A stretch of DNA of 58,717 nt, from positions 1 to 58,717 of the forward strand of contig CAYUAK010000230.1 of assembly GCA_964442765.1 (NCBI GenBank). The letters are read 5' to 3'. Below are positions 48,592 to 58,413 of this stretch, piece by piece. Positions within the stretch are counted from its first letter, which is position 1. Every line of letters begins with the position of its first letter. This stretch comes from an uncultured Tannerella sp. (GTDB lineage Bacteria; Bacteroidota; Bacteroidia; Bacteroidales; Tannerellaceae). Under the pieces are notes generated by a model. That model was not told the origin of the DNA and did no database searches. It saw only the letters and a list, made by a program, of their open reading frames with translations. The position numbers and the translations under genes were made by a program.

Positions 48592-50871
48592 TTATTTTTC
48601 GACGATGAAAAGGTGTTTGCCGGAGCCGGCATTTACTTTGACAAAAGTTCCGTCTATAGCGCCTTTTTGCTCTATGCCGTTCATAGTGAGCCGCTGTCGT
48701 CGGTCGTAAAACGGCAACCATACTTCTGCTATTGTATTGGCGGGTATTTCGACTGCAAGTTCAAATTTAACACCGGGCGTATTATGGAAGGATACTTTTA
48801 CGTTGCCGCGAATGGTAGGGGTTATGAGTTCGGCATGAGCCAAAGTGGAGGGTTGCGGTTTGATGCGTATCTTACGAAACCCCGGTTCTAATGGTTCAAC
48901 GCCCATCAGTTTGCGGGGTATCACATTGGCAGGGACAGCGCCCCAGGCATGGTTCCAATCTAAGTTAGGCTTATAAATCATGTCCCATGCTTCAAGCGAG
49001 ACGGTTGAACCCGACCGGATCATGTTGTACCAACTACGCTGAGCGGTTGATGACAGCAACTGCAAACCATGGTCGGCATCGTGCGAATGGTATACTGCAT
49101 CCATCAGAAACTGAGAACTGTACACGCTGCAGGCCATGCCTCGGGAACGTATAAAGTCAGCCACACGTCCGACATATCGGTCGGGTGTCATTCCGAAAGC
49201 CATCGGAAACATATTGGCGTGCAAGGAACAGTGGTCGGTTTCAACGCCATCCCGGTAATACCCTTTCCTTGTGTCCAACAGCAACCGGTTATACTGTCTT
49301 TTAATTCTTTCAGCTTCTGCCATATAGAACTGTCTGTCGTTATGATTTCCCAATGCTTCGGCTATCAGGCTCATAGTACGGACAGCTTCGTAATGATAGG
49401 CGTTTACTACTGCATTGTATGTAGTAAAAACAAACCCGTCGGTTTCGCCGCCGTGTTCTTTCTCGTCGCCGACAACACCCGTCTGAGGCCAATCGACAAT
49501 ATCCCTGAATCGGTTGCTGCGGTTGTTGATAGATTGCATAAACGCGGGAGTGACCTTGCCGGTACGTGTCGAGATGAGACCATTTTCCTCCTTTAATCCC
49601 ATCAAGGTCTTAGCTTTCAGGTTATTATAATGGCGTTCTAACGAAACTTTATTACCTGTGTACATAAAATCATTCCAAGCCATCAATACTGATTGAAGGT
49701 TCCATTCGGTAGGCCATGTAGGGTTTTGCATCAAATATTCGTGCGAATGACGCGCCATTGAAAACTCTCTATCGACGTAATAGTGACATAATTGATTGAT
49801 AAAAGCATCTGCTTCGTAAGGAATTCGTTCCCGGTCGCCATCCACATAAACACCCATGAAAGAGGTTGCTTTTATTGAGTACTTGCACAGTTCCCAGACC
49901 TGATTCAGTACTGTATCCGACGAGTGAAAGGAGGCAGCCCTATCGTTGAAAGGATAATGTACCGATTGGTGTATAACATCGGTAAAACGGATAGTTCGGT
50001 TGTAATCTTCTATTTCGCAATAACGAAAAGGGAATACTTCGCCTATATAATCGGGCATCAGGATAGCGCTAACGCCACTTTCGTTCATCGTGGCGCTGGT
50101 ATTGCGGGGGTCGGGGGGAATTTTTACTGTATAGGAATGTGTTCCAGCCATTAAGGGTAACTTACAGGTTGTGTACCGGATAGTGCCACCGGGTGTGCGG
50201 TTGAGGCGACCATCCTTCGTTGCTTCGCCTAAGTGAATGATAAGGGTGTCGGTTTGGGATGATGACAGCGTTAAACGCAGGCGTCCGAAGGCGGCTTTAC
50301 CGAAATCTATAAAAGTATTATTTTCATTGATGTTACGTATCAGTACCGGATATTCATCAGTTACCTGTAAAGGGTAACAAGCAGTGGTGTTGTCGAGGGT
50401 TGTGGCAGTGACAAAACTTTTGGGTTCCGAAAACGGGCTTTCTTCTCCGTGGTTGCTCCATGTTTGCACTTTCCAGTAATACAAGCTATCCGGTTGCAGC
50501 GGCTTGCCTGCATATAACACGGCTGTGGAGTTATCGCTTTCGGTGCGTCCACTGTCCCACATATCGCCTTGGTTTTGTGCAAGGGTATGGGCATAACTTG
50601 CTACTAATATACGGTAAGCGGTTTGCAGGGTGTTGGGTTTGGCGTCGTTCATGATCCATCCGAAATGGGGCTTTTCGTTGCGAATAGCTGCTATCTGATA
50701 ACGCTCGATGGCCGTTTGACGCGCATCTAATGGCAAATTGGCAGGGTAGCCATCTAAGAACATGCGATCGGTAAACTCCAACAGGTCAGTGGTTAAGCCG
50801 GTAGGAGGCTCAGCAGCAAAAGCATGAAGAATATTGACGAAAGAGAGAAGGGTAATAAAAATGATTTTCAT
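48592..50871 (-). CDS. Alpha-L-rhamnosidase (GH78)
   Basis: Signal peptide; QTAYRILVAS, GDMWDSG, YVDGDRERIPYEAD, DWNHAWG, PGFRKIRIKPQ. Confidence 0.9.
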   Translation of the reverse strand: MKIIFITLLSFVNILHAFAAEPPTGLTTDLLEFTDRMFLDGYPANLPLDARQTAIERYQIAAIRNEKPHFGWIMNDAKPNTLQTAYRILVASYAHTLAQNQGDMWDSGRTESDNSTAVLYAGKPLQPDSLYYWKVQTWSNHGEESPFSEPKSFVTATTLDNTTACYPLQVTDEYPVLIRNINENNTFIDFGKAAFGRLRLTLSSSQTDTLIIHLGEATKDGRLNRTPGGTIRYTTCKLPLMAGTHSYTVKIPPDPRNTSATMNESGVSAILMPDYIGEVFPFRYCEIEDYNRTIRFTDVIHQSVHYPFNDRAASFHSSDTVLNQVWELCKYSIKATSFMGVYVDGDRERIPYEADAFINQLCHYYVDREFSMARHSHEYLMQNPTWPTEWNLQSVLMAWNDFMYTGNKVSLERHYNNLKAKTLMGLKEENGLISTRTGKVTPAFMQSINNRSNRFRDIVDWPQTGVVGDEKEHGGETDGFVFTTYNAVVNAYHYEAVRTMSLIAEALGNHNDRQFYMAEAERIKRQYNRLLLDTRKGYYRDGVETDHCSLHANMFPMAFGMTPDRYVGRVADFIRSRGMACSVYSSQFLMDAVYHSHDADHGLQLLSSTAQRSWYNMIRSGSTVSLEAWDMIYKPNLDWNHAWGAVPANVIPRKLMGVEPLEPGFRKIRIKPQPSTLAHAELITPTIRGNVKVSFHNTPGVKFELAVEIPANTIAEVWLPFYDRRQRLTMNGIEQKGAIDGTFVKVNAGSGKHLFIVEK

Positions 50872-50882
50872 TCTTTAAAGTG

Positions 50883-52472
50883 TTAAAAAACAGTGTCTCT
50901 GTGCTGGTAGACAGGTGGATAGTCTAAAGTATAATGCAATCCACGACTTTCTTTGCGGTCGATGGCCTGGCGCATGATCAGGTACCCTACATTGATCATG
51001 TTACGGAGTTCGCACAGTTCGCGTGTGGCTATGGAGCGTTTGAAGAGGCTTTCTGTTTCTTCATAGAGGATGTCTAAGCGGTCCCATGCACGTTTCAGGC
51101 GCAGGTTACTTCTTACAATACCCACGTAGGTAGACATGATTTGTCCTACCTCTTTTTGGCTTTGTGTGATAAGCACCATCTCTTCGGGCGAGCTTGTCCC
51201 TGCATCGTTCCAATTGGGTATATTATCTTGAAATGTAAGGGTATCGATGATACGCACCGAGTGGTTAGCGGCAGCATCGGCATAGACAACGGCTTCTATC
51301 AGCGAGTTAGAGGCTAAGCGGTTGCTGCCGTGAAGCCCTGTGCAGGCGCATTCGCCGATGGCATAAAGACGGTAGATAGATGAGCAGGCATCCAAGTCGA
51401 CTAAGATACCTCCACACAAGTAATGGGCTGCCGGGGCTATGGGTATGTACTCTTTCGTGATGTCGATGCCGAGTCTTAGGCATTTTTCGTAAATATTCGG
51501 GAAATGATTTTTCGTTTCGTCCGGGTCTTTGAGTGTGACATCCAAATAGACATGGTCTTCGCCCCTATTTTTCATCTCATTATCAATAGCGCGTGCCACG
51601 ATGTCGCGTGGCGCAAGCTCTAAACGCGGGTCGTATTTCTGCATAAACTCTTTCCCGTCCATTGTCCGGAGGATGCCGCCATAACCGCGCATCGCTTCGG
51701 TGATAAGGAACGACGGGCGGTCGCCCGGATGAAAGAGCGCTGTCGGGTGAAACTGAACAAATTCCATGTCTTTGACCGTTCCTTTGGCGCGGTAAACCAT
51801 TGCTATGCCGTCGCCTGTCGCTACTAATGGATTGGTCGTCGTTTGGTATAGCGCGCCTATACCGCCGGTAGCCATGACGGTGACTTTCGACAGAAACGTA
51901 TCTATTTGTCCTGTATCCATATCCAAAACGTATGCCCCAAAACATTCGATATCAGGCGTATGGCGCGTAACGGTCACTCCGAGGTGGTGCTGGGTTAGTA
52001 TCTCTATTGCAAAATGATTTTCGTAAACGGTGATGTCGGGATGTCTTTTTACGCCTTCGATGAGCTTATCCTGTATCTCCGCTCCGGTATTGTCTTTGTG
52101 ATGTAGAATACGAAATTCCGAGTGACCGCCTTCGCGGTGCAGATCGAAGTCGCCTTTCTTGTCTTTGTCGAACTCCACGCCCCACTGTATCAGTTGGCTT
52201 ATTTGCTCCGGAGCCTGTCGAACCACTTTTTCGACCGCTTCGCGGTTGTTTAAAAAATCGCCCGCAATCATCGTATCTTCGATATGCTTGTCGAAATCGT
52301 CAACCAATAAATCAGTGACCGAAGCGATGCCTCCCTGCGCGAAAAACGTGTTCGCTACTTCGAGGCCCGACTTGCTTACTAATGCCACTTTGCCCTTGTG
52401 AACGACCTTCAGCGCATAGCTCATGCCCGCTATGCCCGAACCTATAACTAAGAAATCAAACTTTTTTACCAT
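50883..52472 (-). CDS. nadB: L-aspartate oxidase
   Basis: GSGIAG, AQGGIA, REGGHS, QFHPT, LAPRDIVARAI, GLHGSNRLASNSL, ESRGLHY; start MVKKFD. Confidence 0.97.
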   Translation of the reverse strand: MVKKFDFLVIGSGIAGMSYALKVVHKGKVALVSKSGLEVANTFFAQGGIASVTDLLVDDFDKHIEDTMIAGDFLNNREAVEKVVRQAPEQISQLIQWGVEFDKDKKGDFDLHREGGHSEFRILHHKDNTGAEIQDKLIEGVKRHPDITVYENHFAIEILTQHHLGVTVTRHTPDIECFGAYVLDMDTGQIDTFLSKVTVMATGGIGALYQTTTNPLVATGDGIAMVYRAKGTVKDMEFVQFHPTALFHPGDRPSFLITEAMRGYGGILRTMDGKEFMQKYDPRLELAPRDIVARAIDNEMKNRGEDHVYLDVTLKDPDETKNHFPNIYEKCLRLGIDITKEYIPIAPAAHYLCGGILVDLDACSSIYRLYAIGECACTGLHGSNRLASNSLIEAVVYADAAANHSVRIIDTLTFQDNIPNWNDAGTSSPEEMVLITQSQKEVGQIMSTYVGIVRSNLRLKRAWDRLDILYEETESLFKRSIATRELCELRNMINVGYLIMRQAIDRKESRGLHYTLDYPPVYQHRDTVF

Positions 52473-52709
52473 AGTCGTCTTGCCTAAAGTCGTGCAAAGG
52501 TAGGATTTTTTTAATAATTTCCCTTTATCCACAATTCAAAAAACTTGTCATATACGCTGTAGCCAATTTCCTTAATAGATACGTATCCGCCTGTTACAAA
52601 GGTGTTTTACAGTATTATTATGTTAATGCCTTCTTAAATTATCGTTTATAAATAACGCAAAGATAATAATAATTTGTACATTTGAGGCCTCAATCAACTC
52701 AAATGTGAC

Positions 52710-54998
52710 ATGAACCGACGTTTTTATATCACTTTCTTATTGTTCTTTTGTGTATCTGCTTTAGCGGCTCAAAAGGTTGGAGTCGTGTTAAGCGGCGGCG
52801 GTGCTCGGGGTGCTGCTCATATTGGCGTTATCAAAGCATTGGAAGAAAACAATGTTCCAATTGATTATATATCAGGAACTTCAATAGGAGCCATTGTTGG
52901 CAGTCTCTATGCAATGGGCTATTCTCCGGACGAGATGCTGGAGCTGATGCTCTCGGAAGAATTTGGATATTGGCAGACAGGTACGGTAAAAACCGAGCCT
53001 GCTTTCTTTTTCAGGAAACCGGAGAACACGCCTCAGTTTTTGACATTTTCTATCAATTTAGAAGATTCGATTGTGCTGAACAACTTATTACCCGGCAGTT
53101 TTGTCAATCCGATACAGATGAACCAGGCTTTCCTTGGGCTTTATGCACAGGCAACAGCCAAAGCGGTTTGGAACTTTGATAATCTGTTTGTTCCCTTCCG
53201 TTGTACGGGCGCCGATATTTACAGTAAGAAGCTGATAACTTTTCGTAACGGCGACTTGGGTGATGCTGTGCGCGTTTCAATGACATTTCCATTCATTTTT
53301 AAACCGCTTTGGAAGGACGGGGTGCCGCTGTTTGACGGGGGTATCTATGATAATTTTCCGATAAGTGTTATGAAGGAAGATTTTAAGCCCGATTTTATTT
53401 TAGGCTCAGCCGTGCGTGGAGGAGGAATAAGACCTTCGGAGAACCCTATCTATCAGCTCGAACCGATGGTCATGCAGAAAACCGATTACGATGTGTCCGA
53501 AGAAGAAGGGATGTTAATTCAGATGCGGTTCCCGGATGTATCTCTTTTGGATTTTTACAAAGCCAAAGAGGTGATGCAAGTTGGCTATGACCGCACGATA
53601 GCCGTCATTGACAGCATCAAAAAAAGAGCCGGCAGGGAAGCCCCTTTAGAAAGCGTGAGGGAGCGACGTAAAGCCTACAAGGAAAGTTTGCCTCCACTTA
53701 TATTTAGAAATATTTTTATTTCAGGGGTAACCGATGAACAGCGACATTATATTATCTCCCAATTGACGCATGACGTAAATGGAGATTTTACTTTAGAAGA
53801 TTTTCGTTACGCTTATTTCAAAATGCTGACTTATTCCAAAATAAAAGAAATTATCCCATCGACCATCTATAACTGGGATACGCAGACTTTTGATTTATAT
53901 CTGTCGGTCAAGGTCATCGATGAATTGAAAGTGTCGATTGGAGGCAATATATCGTCCCATCAGGCCAATCAATTATTTTTAGGATTGGATTATCAAAGTC
54001 TGGGAGAGACATCTGCTGATTACAATGCTAATTTTCAAATGGGTAATTCGTTTAGCGGCGTATCGGTCGATGGCAGGTTTTTCTTTTCTGCGCGTTTACC
54101 CGGTTATGTAGGTGTTAAGTTAACTTACGCGAACAAAAATTATTCCCAAAGTCAGTCGTTGTTTTATGAAGACTTAGTACCGGCTTTCATCAAAAAACGG
54201 GAGCGTTTCTTACGGGTTCGTTATGGTGCGCCGTTTTTAATTAGCGCTAAATTAGAAGCCTTTACAGGTATTGGGATGTTATCGGATTTGTATTATCAGA
54301 CGCCAACATTGACCGGTATCAATTTTGATGTCAGCAGATATTATTTTTTCAATACAGGTTTTCGGTTTGAACAGAAAACGCTCAATTACAGACAGTATCC
54401 GACAGAAGGCCGTCATCGGTATTTGATTGCTCAATTCATAACAGGCGACGAAAACTTTAGGGCAGGTAGCAGTAATCGATTTGTTGATGTCAGGCGGCAT
54501 GAATGGTTTCAGATAAAAGGTTCATGGCTTAATTATGCAGTCAAGAAGCCAAAGTTTAACCTTGGTTTTTTGGGTGAAGCGGTGTTATCAAATAAAAATT
54601 TAAGTTCCAATTATACGGCATCTATCTTACAGTCTTCACGTTTTGCTCCCACGCCGTACAGTCAGATTTCTTTTAATGAAGCCTTTAGAGCTGATAGCTA
54701 CCTGGCTGCCGGCATTATCCCTATAGTAAAACTTACCGACCGGCTTCATTTTCGGATAGAAAGTTACGGTTTTCTCCCGGTGCGTGCGACCAAACGAGAG
54801 GTCATTGATACCAGCATCTTTGCCCGAAAAGGAAGCTATTTCAACACATTTCAGTTTATGAGTGAGGCGGCTTTGGTTTTCCACTTGCCCTTTGTATCGG
54901 TCAGCTTGTATGCCAACAGCTACAGTTTCCCTAAAAATAATTTTAATGTCGGGTTAAACATTGGATATATTTTGTTCGATTCCGGTTTTTTTGATTAA
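52710..54998 (+). CDS. Patatin-like phospholipase with POTRA and C-terminal beta-barrel (PlpD-like)
   Basis: LSGGGARG, GTSIG, FDGG motifs; signal peptide; C-terminal beta-strands. Confidence 0.9.
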   Translation: MNRRFYITFLLFFCVSALAAQKVGVVLSGGGARGAAHIGVIKALEENNVPIDYISGTSIGAIVGSLYAMGYSPDEMLELMLSEEFGYWQTGTVKTEPAFFFRKPENTPQFLTFSINLEDSIVLNNLLPGSFVNPIQMNQAFLGLYAQATAKAVWNFDNLFVPFRCTGADIYSKKLITFRNGDLGDAVRVSMTFPFIFKPLWKDGVPLFDGGIYDNFPISVMKEDFKPDFILGSAVRGGGIRPSENPIYQLEPMVMQKTDYDVSEEEGMLIQMRFPDVSLLDFYKAKEVMQVGYDRTIAVIDSIKKRAGREAPLESVRERRKAYKESLPPLIFRNIFISGVTDEQRHYIISQLTHDVNGDFTLEDFRYAYFKMLTYSKIKEIIPSTIYNWDTQTFDLYLSVKVIDELKVSIGGNISSHQANQLFLGLDYQSLGETSADYNANFQMGNSFSGVSVDGRFFFSARLPGYVGVKLTYANKNYSQSQSLFYEDLVPAFIKKRERFLRVRYGAPFLISAKLEAFTGIGMLSDLYYQTPTLTGINFDVSRYYFFNTGFRFEQKTLNYRQYPTEGRHRYLIAQFITGDENFRAGSSNRFVDVRRHEWFQIKGSWLNYAVKKPKFNLGFLGEAVLSNKNLSSNYTASILQSSRFAPTPYSQISFNEAFRADSYLAAGIIPIVKLTDRLHFRIESYGFLPVRATKREVIDTSIFARKGSYFNTFQFMSEAALVFHLPFVSVSLYANSYSFPKNNFNVGLNIGYILFDSGFFD

Positions 54999-55047
54999 AA
55001 AATTGCAGAATAAAAATAATGTCGTATCTTTGCACCCGCTTAACAAA

Positions 55048-55121
55048 GGCTTCGTAGCTCAACTGAATAGAGCATCTGACTACGGATCAGAAGGTTGGGG
55101 GTTTGAATCCCTCCGGAGTCA
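55048..55121 (+). tRNA. tRNA-Arg (anticodon ACG)
   Basis: Acceptor stem GGCTTCG/CGGAGTC, anticodon arm TCTGA-CTACGGA-TCAGA, T-arm GGGGG-TTTGAAT-CCCTC; -7 box TATCTTTG at 55025; CCA not encoded. Confidence 0.95.
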
Positions 55122-55130
55122 CTACAACAT

Positions 55131-55166
55131 AAAGGATTTGCGATTCATTTTGCAAGTCCTTTTTTT
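55131..55166 (+). terminator. Intrinsic terminator after the tRNA
   Basis: AAAGGATTTGCGA ... TTGCAAGTCCTTT followed by a T-tract. Confidence 0.8.
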
Positions 55167-55189
55167 CTATAATAAATGATAATTTATAT

Positions 55190-57094
55190 ATGAGAAGGCT
55201 GATTATTACTATTTTGTTTTGTGTTTCTATCTCTTTACCGGTTGTTGCACATTATCCGTTACAGAATCCCGATTCATTGATTGACAGAGAAGAAGCAGCG
55301 GACGTTGCCGGTGTGAAGGCATCGCTAAGAACTGTAGGATTTTACACCGACTGGCAGTTGGCCGGAATACCGGGTGGTATCCCTAAAGCTACTGTCATTC
55401 ACACAACCCTCCGGGCAGGCGCTACTGCTGAGGTAATCAACAATGCTATTCAAGCCGCCGGCGATGCTGTCAGCAGCTCCGGAGGAGCATCGCCCACTAA
55501 TCTGCGGGTCGTGCAGTTAGGGGAGGGTATCTTCGACGTGGGTATCACCGATATTCTTTTGAACCGACCCGGCGTCATCCTCCGCGGGATGGGAAACACA
55601 ACCTTAGTTCGCGGCACAAACGGCGGCGACGGGGTTTTCGTTATTGGTAACCAAAGACCTGTATGGCAAAACGCCGTCGATGTAATCCAAAGCGCCCATA
55701 TCGGCGATTCGTGCATTACAGTGGCGGACGTTAGTGGGTTCAGCGTCGGACAGATACTTAAAATAGACCGTTTGGCTGACGATGCCTCCGCCGAAAACGG
55801 TGGCTCGGAATGGCCAAATGGACATAACCAGTTCCAACGTGGCAGAAACAACGAGTTTGGTCCTACAGGTGGCAGCACACGCCCCATATCGCAGTATATT
55901 GAGATAAAAAGAATTCAAGATAATGTGTTGTTTCTGTCGAACCGGTTGAACATTCACTTCCCATTAACCGGCAAGAGCGGCAAAGCGCTAACACCTCAAG
56001 TTTTTAACACTATGGCGCATGAGTATCAATATATAGGCCTTGAGAACTTAAAATTAGAAGCGACCGGAATCACCGCCGGCGGTAATCAGTGGCATGTGCC
56101 GGCAGTTCAGATTTGTTTAGCGAGTTCGTATTGCTGGGTTAGAAACATCGAAAGCGACGGCACGAAGTTCAACGGTGAGAACGGCTTCAAGGGACGCCAT
56201 ATCGAACTGAATGGCTTCCGTAACCATGTGACAGGCAACTATGTACACCATTCATCGCAAGTCAGTCCGGGTGGCAACGGGTATGGTATCCGCTGGCACG
56301 GCACTGACTGTATCATCGACAACAACATCTGTGATATGCTGAACAAACCGCTATTGGGGCAGACGTCCAACGGCGGCAATGTAATCGCTTACAACTATGT
56401 CCCGAATGCTATCATCACTATCCGAAATGATGGCGCATATTTAAGCGCAGCGACACCCGGCAACCCCCAGACAATTGACGGGTGGAACGAGACAGCCATC
56501 GACCCCAGTCATGGCGGTTATTCACATTCTGACCTCCTCGAAGGCAACTATACCGCTAATATACATACAGATGGCACCAGTAACAATGGCTTTTTTGTCC
56601 TTTTCCGCAATCATTCCTTTGGCAGGAACGCCCATAGTCCGACGACAGGTGGCTCATTAAACGGCGTATGTATTGATGGCCCGCAAAACGAACATGCTTC
56701 CATTGGGAACGTTTACCTGAACCCTGCTAACGGCATCGGTGCAAGGGTATGGAACAGCCCCGCCCACAGCCCCGGCAGAGGGATACCGGTATATAACTTC
56801 AGCACCACTACAGGTAACAACACGATGGGTAGCTACCTGAGCGATGGCGGGCGGCAGTGGGCTTTCGACAGGTTCTATTGGGCATTAGACTACAACTATG
56901 CAAACAATAGCATCGAGCCGGGCAGGCAGACAGGATGGACTGTTCCTGTCGAGCTTCCCAACTCGCTATATCTCACCACGGCGCCCGATTATTTTGCCGG
57001 ATACACGTGGCCACCCGTCAACCCTTTCGGCAAAACTGATGCGGAACGTATAGGTAAACTGCCTGCAAAAGAGCGCTTTGGTGCGAGTTTATAG
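55190..57094 (+). CDS. Secreted right-handed beta-helix (pectate-lyase-like) protein
   Basis: Signal peptide; WQLAGIPGGIP, INNAIQAA..VVQLGEGIF..GVILRGMG cap, Asn-ladder segments (GNVIAYNY, LLEGNY, LFRNH). Confidence 0.75.
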   Translation: MRRLIITILFCVSISLPVVAHYPLQNPDSLIDREEAADVAGVKASLRTVGFYTDWQLAGIPGGIPKATVIHTTLRAGATAEVINNAIQAAGDAVSSSGGASPTNLRVVQLGEGIFDVGITDILLNRPGVILRGMGNTTLVRGTNGGDGVFVIGNQRPVWQNAVDVIQSAHIGDSCITVADVSGFSVGQILKIDRLADDASAENGGSEWPNGHNQFQRGRNNEFGPTGGSTRPISQYIEIKRIQDNVLFLSNRLNIHFPLTGKSGKALTPQVFNTMAHEYQYIGLENLKLEATGITAGGNQWHVPAVQICLASSYCWVRNIESDGTKFNGENGFKGRHIELNGFRNHVTGNYVHHSSQVSPGGNGYGIRWHGTDCIIDNNICDMLNKPLLGQTSNGGNVIAYNYVPNAIITIRNDGAYLSAATPGNPQTIDGWNETAIDPSHGGYSHSDLLEGNYTANIHTDGTSNNGFFVLFRNHSFGRNAHSPTTGGSLNGVCIDGPQNEHASIGNVYLNPANGIGARVWNSPAHSPGRGIPVYNFSTTTGNNTMGSYLSDGGRQWAFDRFYWALDYNYANNSIEPGRQTGWTVPVELPNSLYLTTAPDYFAGYTWPPVNPFGKTDAERIGKLPAKERFGASL

Positions 57095-57130
57095 CTTGTG
57101 ATGATGCAAAGAACAGTATCCTGGTAATTC

Positions 57131-58129
57131 TCAATTTTTGATGAATTGTTGCAGGTAACGTTTAAAGAATCGCCCCTGTGTTGTCGGTGTAAAATTCCAA
57201 TCCGAAAAAAGAGTAGGCGCCCACGACTGATGGAAGCACCACAAGGTAAAGGATATACCCCGTTCTTCAAAGTATTTGGTTATCTTTACACCATAATCGT
57301 CGGTGGCAATAACAGGGACGTGCGCTCCGCGTTCCCCTTCTAAGCAGTATCCGAGTTCGGTACAGATAACCGGATATGTTTTAGCAACATAGCCGAAGTC
57401 GGCATCCCATTTTTCGGGCCACGGCTCTGGGCGTTTCATGGGATAGGGATGCGAAACGTATGCGATATTATTGCGACCGATGGGCGAAGCGCCTACATTG
57501 CGCAGTTCATAAGCCCAGTCAAAACCCGAAACAAGACATAGCGCTTTAGGGTTATATGCCCTGATGGTGTCGATAAGTCTTTCGCAAAGCGCTTTCCATT
57601 CCTCCCAAGTACATGTACCGAGGTCTCTACCTGAAACAGTCGGTTCATTAAATAATTCGTACATCGCTACGGTCGGTTCGTTTTTGTAGCGTTTAGCCAC
57701 ATCTGCCCAAAAGCGAAAGGTTTCTTCAATGGAAGTATCATAACTTCGACCGGTAAACTTCTCGTCTTTCAGATTACCTATCGAATGCCAGTCTATGATG
57801 ACATACAACCCGGCTTTTTTCGCCATCTCTATACCATGGTCTAAAAGTGTAAAATACGCTTCCCTTTCACGGGTACGTAAACTGGAAGGATGTACGGCAA
57901 ACCGTACAATGTTAGCACCCCAACTCTTAGCTTCGTTGAAAAGCCTTTCGTCCCAATGACCCTGCCTGTCTACATCGTGTGCATCGGCAAAACAGAGGCC
58001 ACGGAAAATGATTTCTTTTCCACGAGCATCAACAAATTTATTGCCTTTCACCTTTATCCGACCGACGTTGGTCGTGCCGCATCCCATAAGAAAAGCAATC
58101 ATTGATAACAAACACAATAGTTTTTTCAT
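57131..58129 (-). CDS. GH5 endoglucanase-like lipoprotein
   Basis: Lipobox LMGC; WGANIVRF, YVIIDWH, YELFNEP (acid/base), HPY, ICTELG (nucleophile). Confidence 0.93.
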   Translation of the reverse strand: MKKLLCLLSMIAFLMGCGTTNVGRIKVKGNKFVDARGKEIIFRGLCFADAHDVDRQGHWDERLFNEAKSWGANIVRFAVHPSSLRTREREAYFTLLDHGIEMAKKAGLYVIIDWHSIGNLKDEKFTGRSYDTSIEETFRFWADVAKRYKNEPTVAMYELFNEPTVSGRDLGTCTWEEWKALCERLIDTIRAYNPKALCLVSGFDWAYELRNVGASPIGRNNIAYVSHPYPMKRPEPWPEKWDADFGYVAKTYPVICTELGYCLEGERGAHVPVIATDDYGVKITKYFEERGISFTLWCFHQSWAPTLFSDWNFTPTTQGRFFKRYLQQFIKN

Positions 58130-58382
58130 ATCTAAAATTTTTATAAATAGCGGTTAATAAGAAAGAGGTTTATTTTTCGATGTTGGTGCAGGCATTACTA
58201 AACTCTTCCTTGACAACATTTTGTACTCTTCAATTGACATAATAACAGAAAAGCATTTCAAAAATGCGATGCAAAGGTACGACTTTTTTTCAATTCATCG
58301 ATTAATTATTTATATTTCGCCTTGATATATGACAGACCCTTCTCTTTTCCCTAACCTCTAAATAGTTAAAATTTATTAGCTT

Positions 58383-58413
58383 TTTGTGAAATGAAATTAT
58401 TGTTGTATGTTTG
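58383..58413 (+). promoter_or_regulatory. Promoter for a gene beyond the window edge
   Basis: TTTG, 19-nt spacer, TATGTTTG; possible ATG at 58714. Confidence 0.55.

Noticed and set aside
55097-55113. T-loop TTTGAAT rather than TTCGAAT as evidence of a pseudo-tRNA
   Set aside because: All stems pair, and a promoter and terminator are present. I recall this variant as usual for Bacteroidetes tRNA-Arg(ACG).
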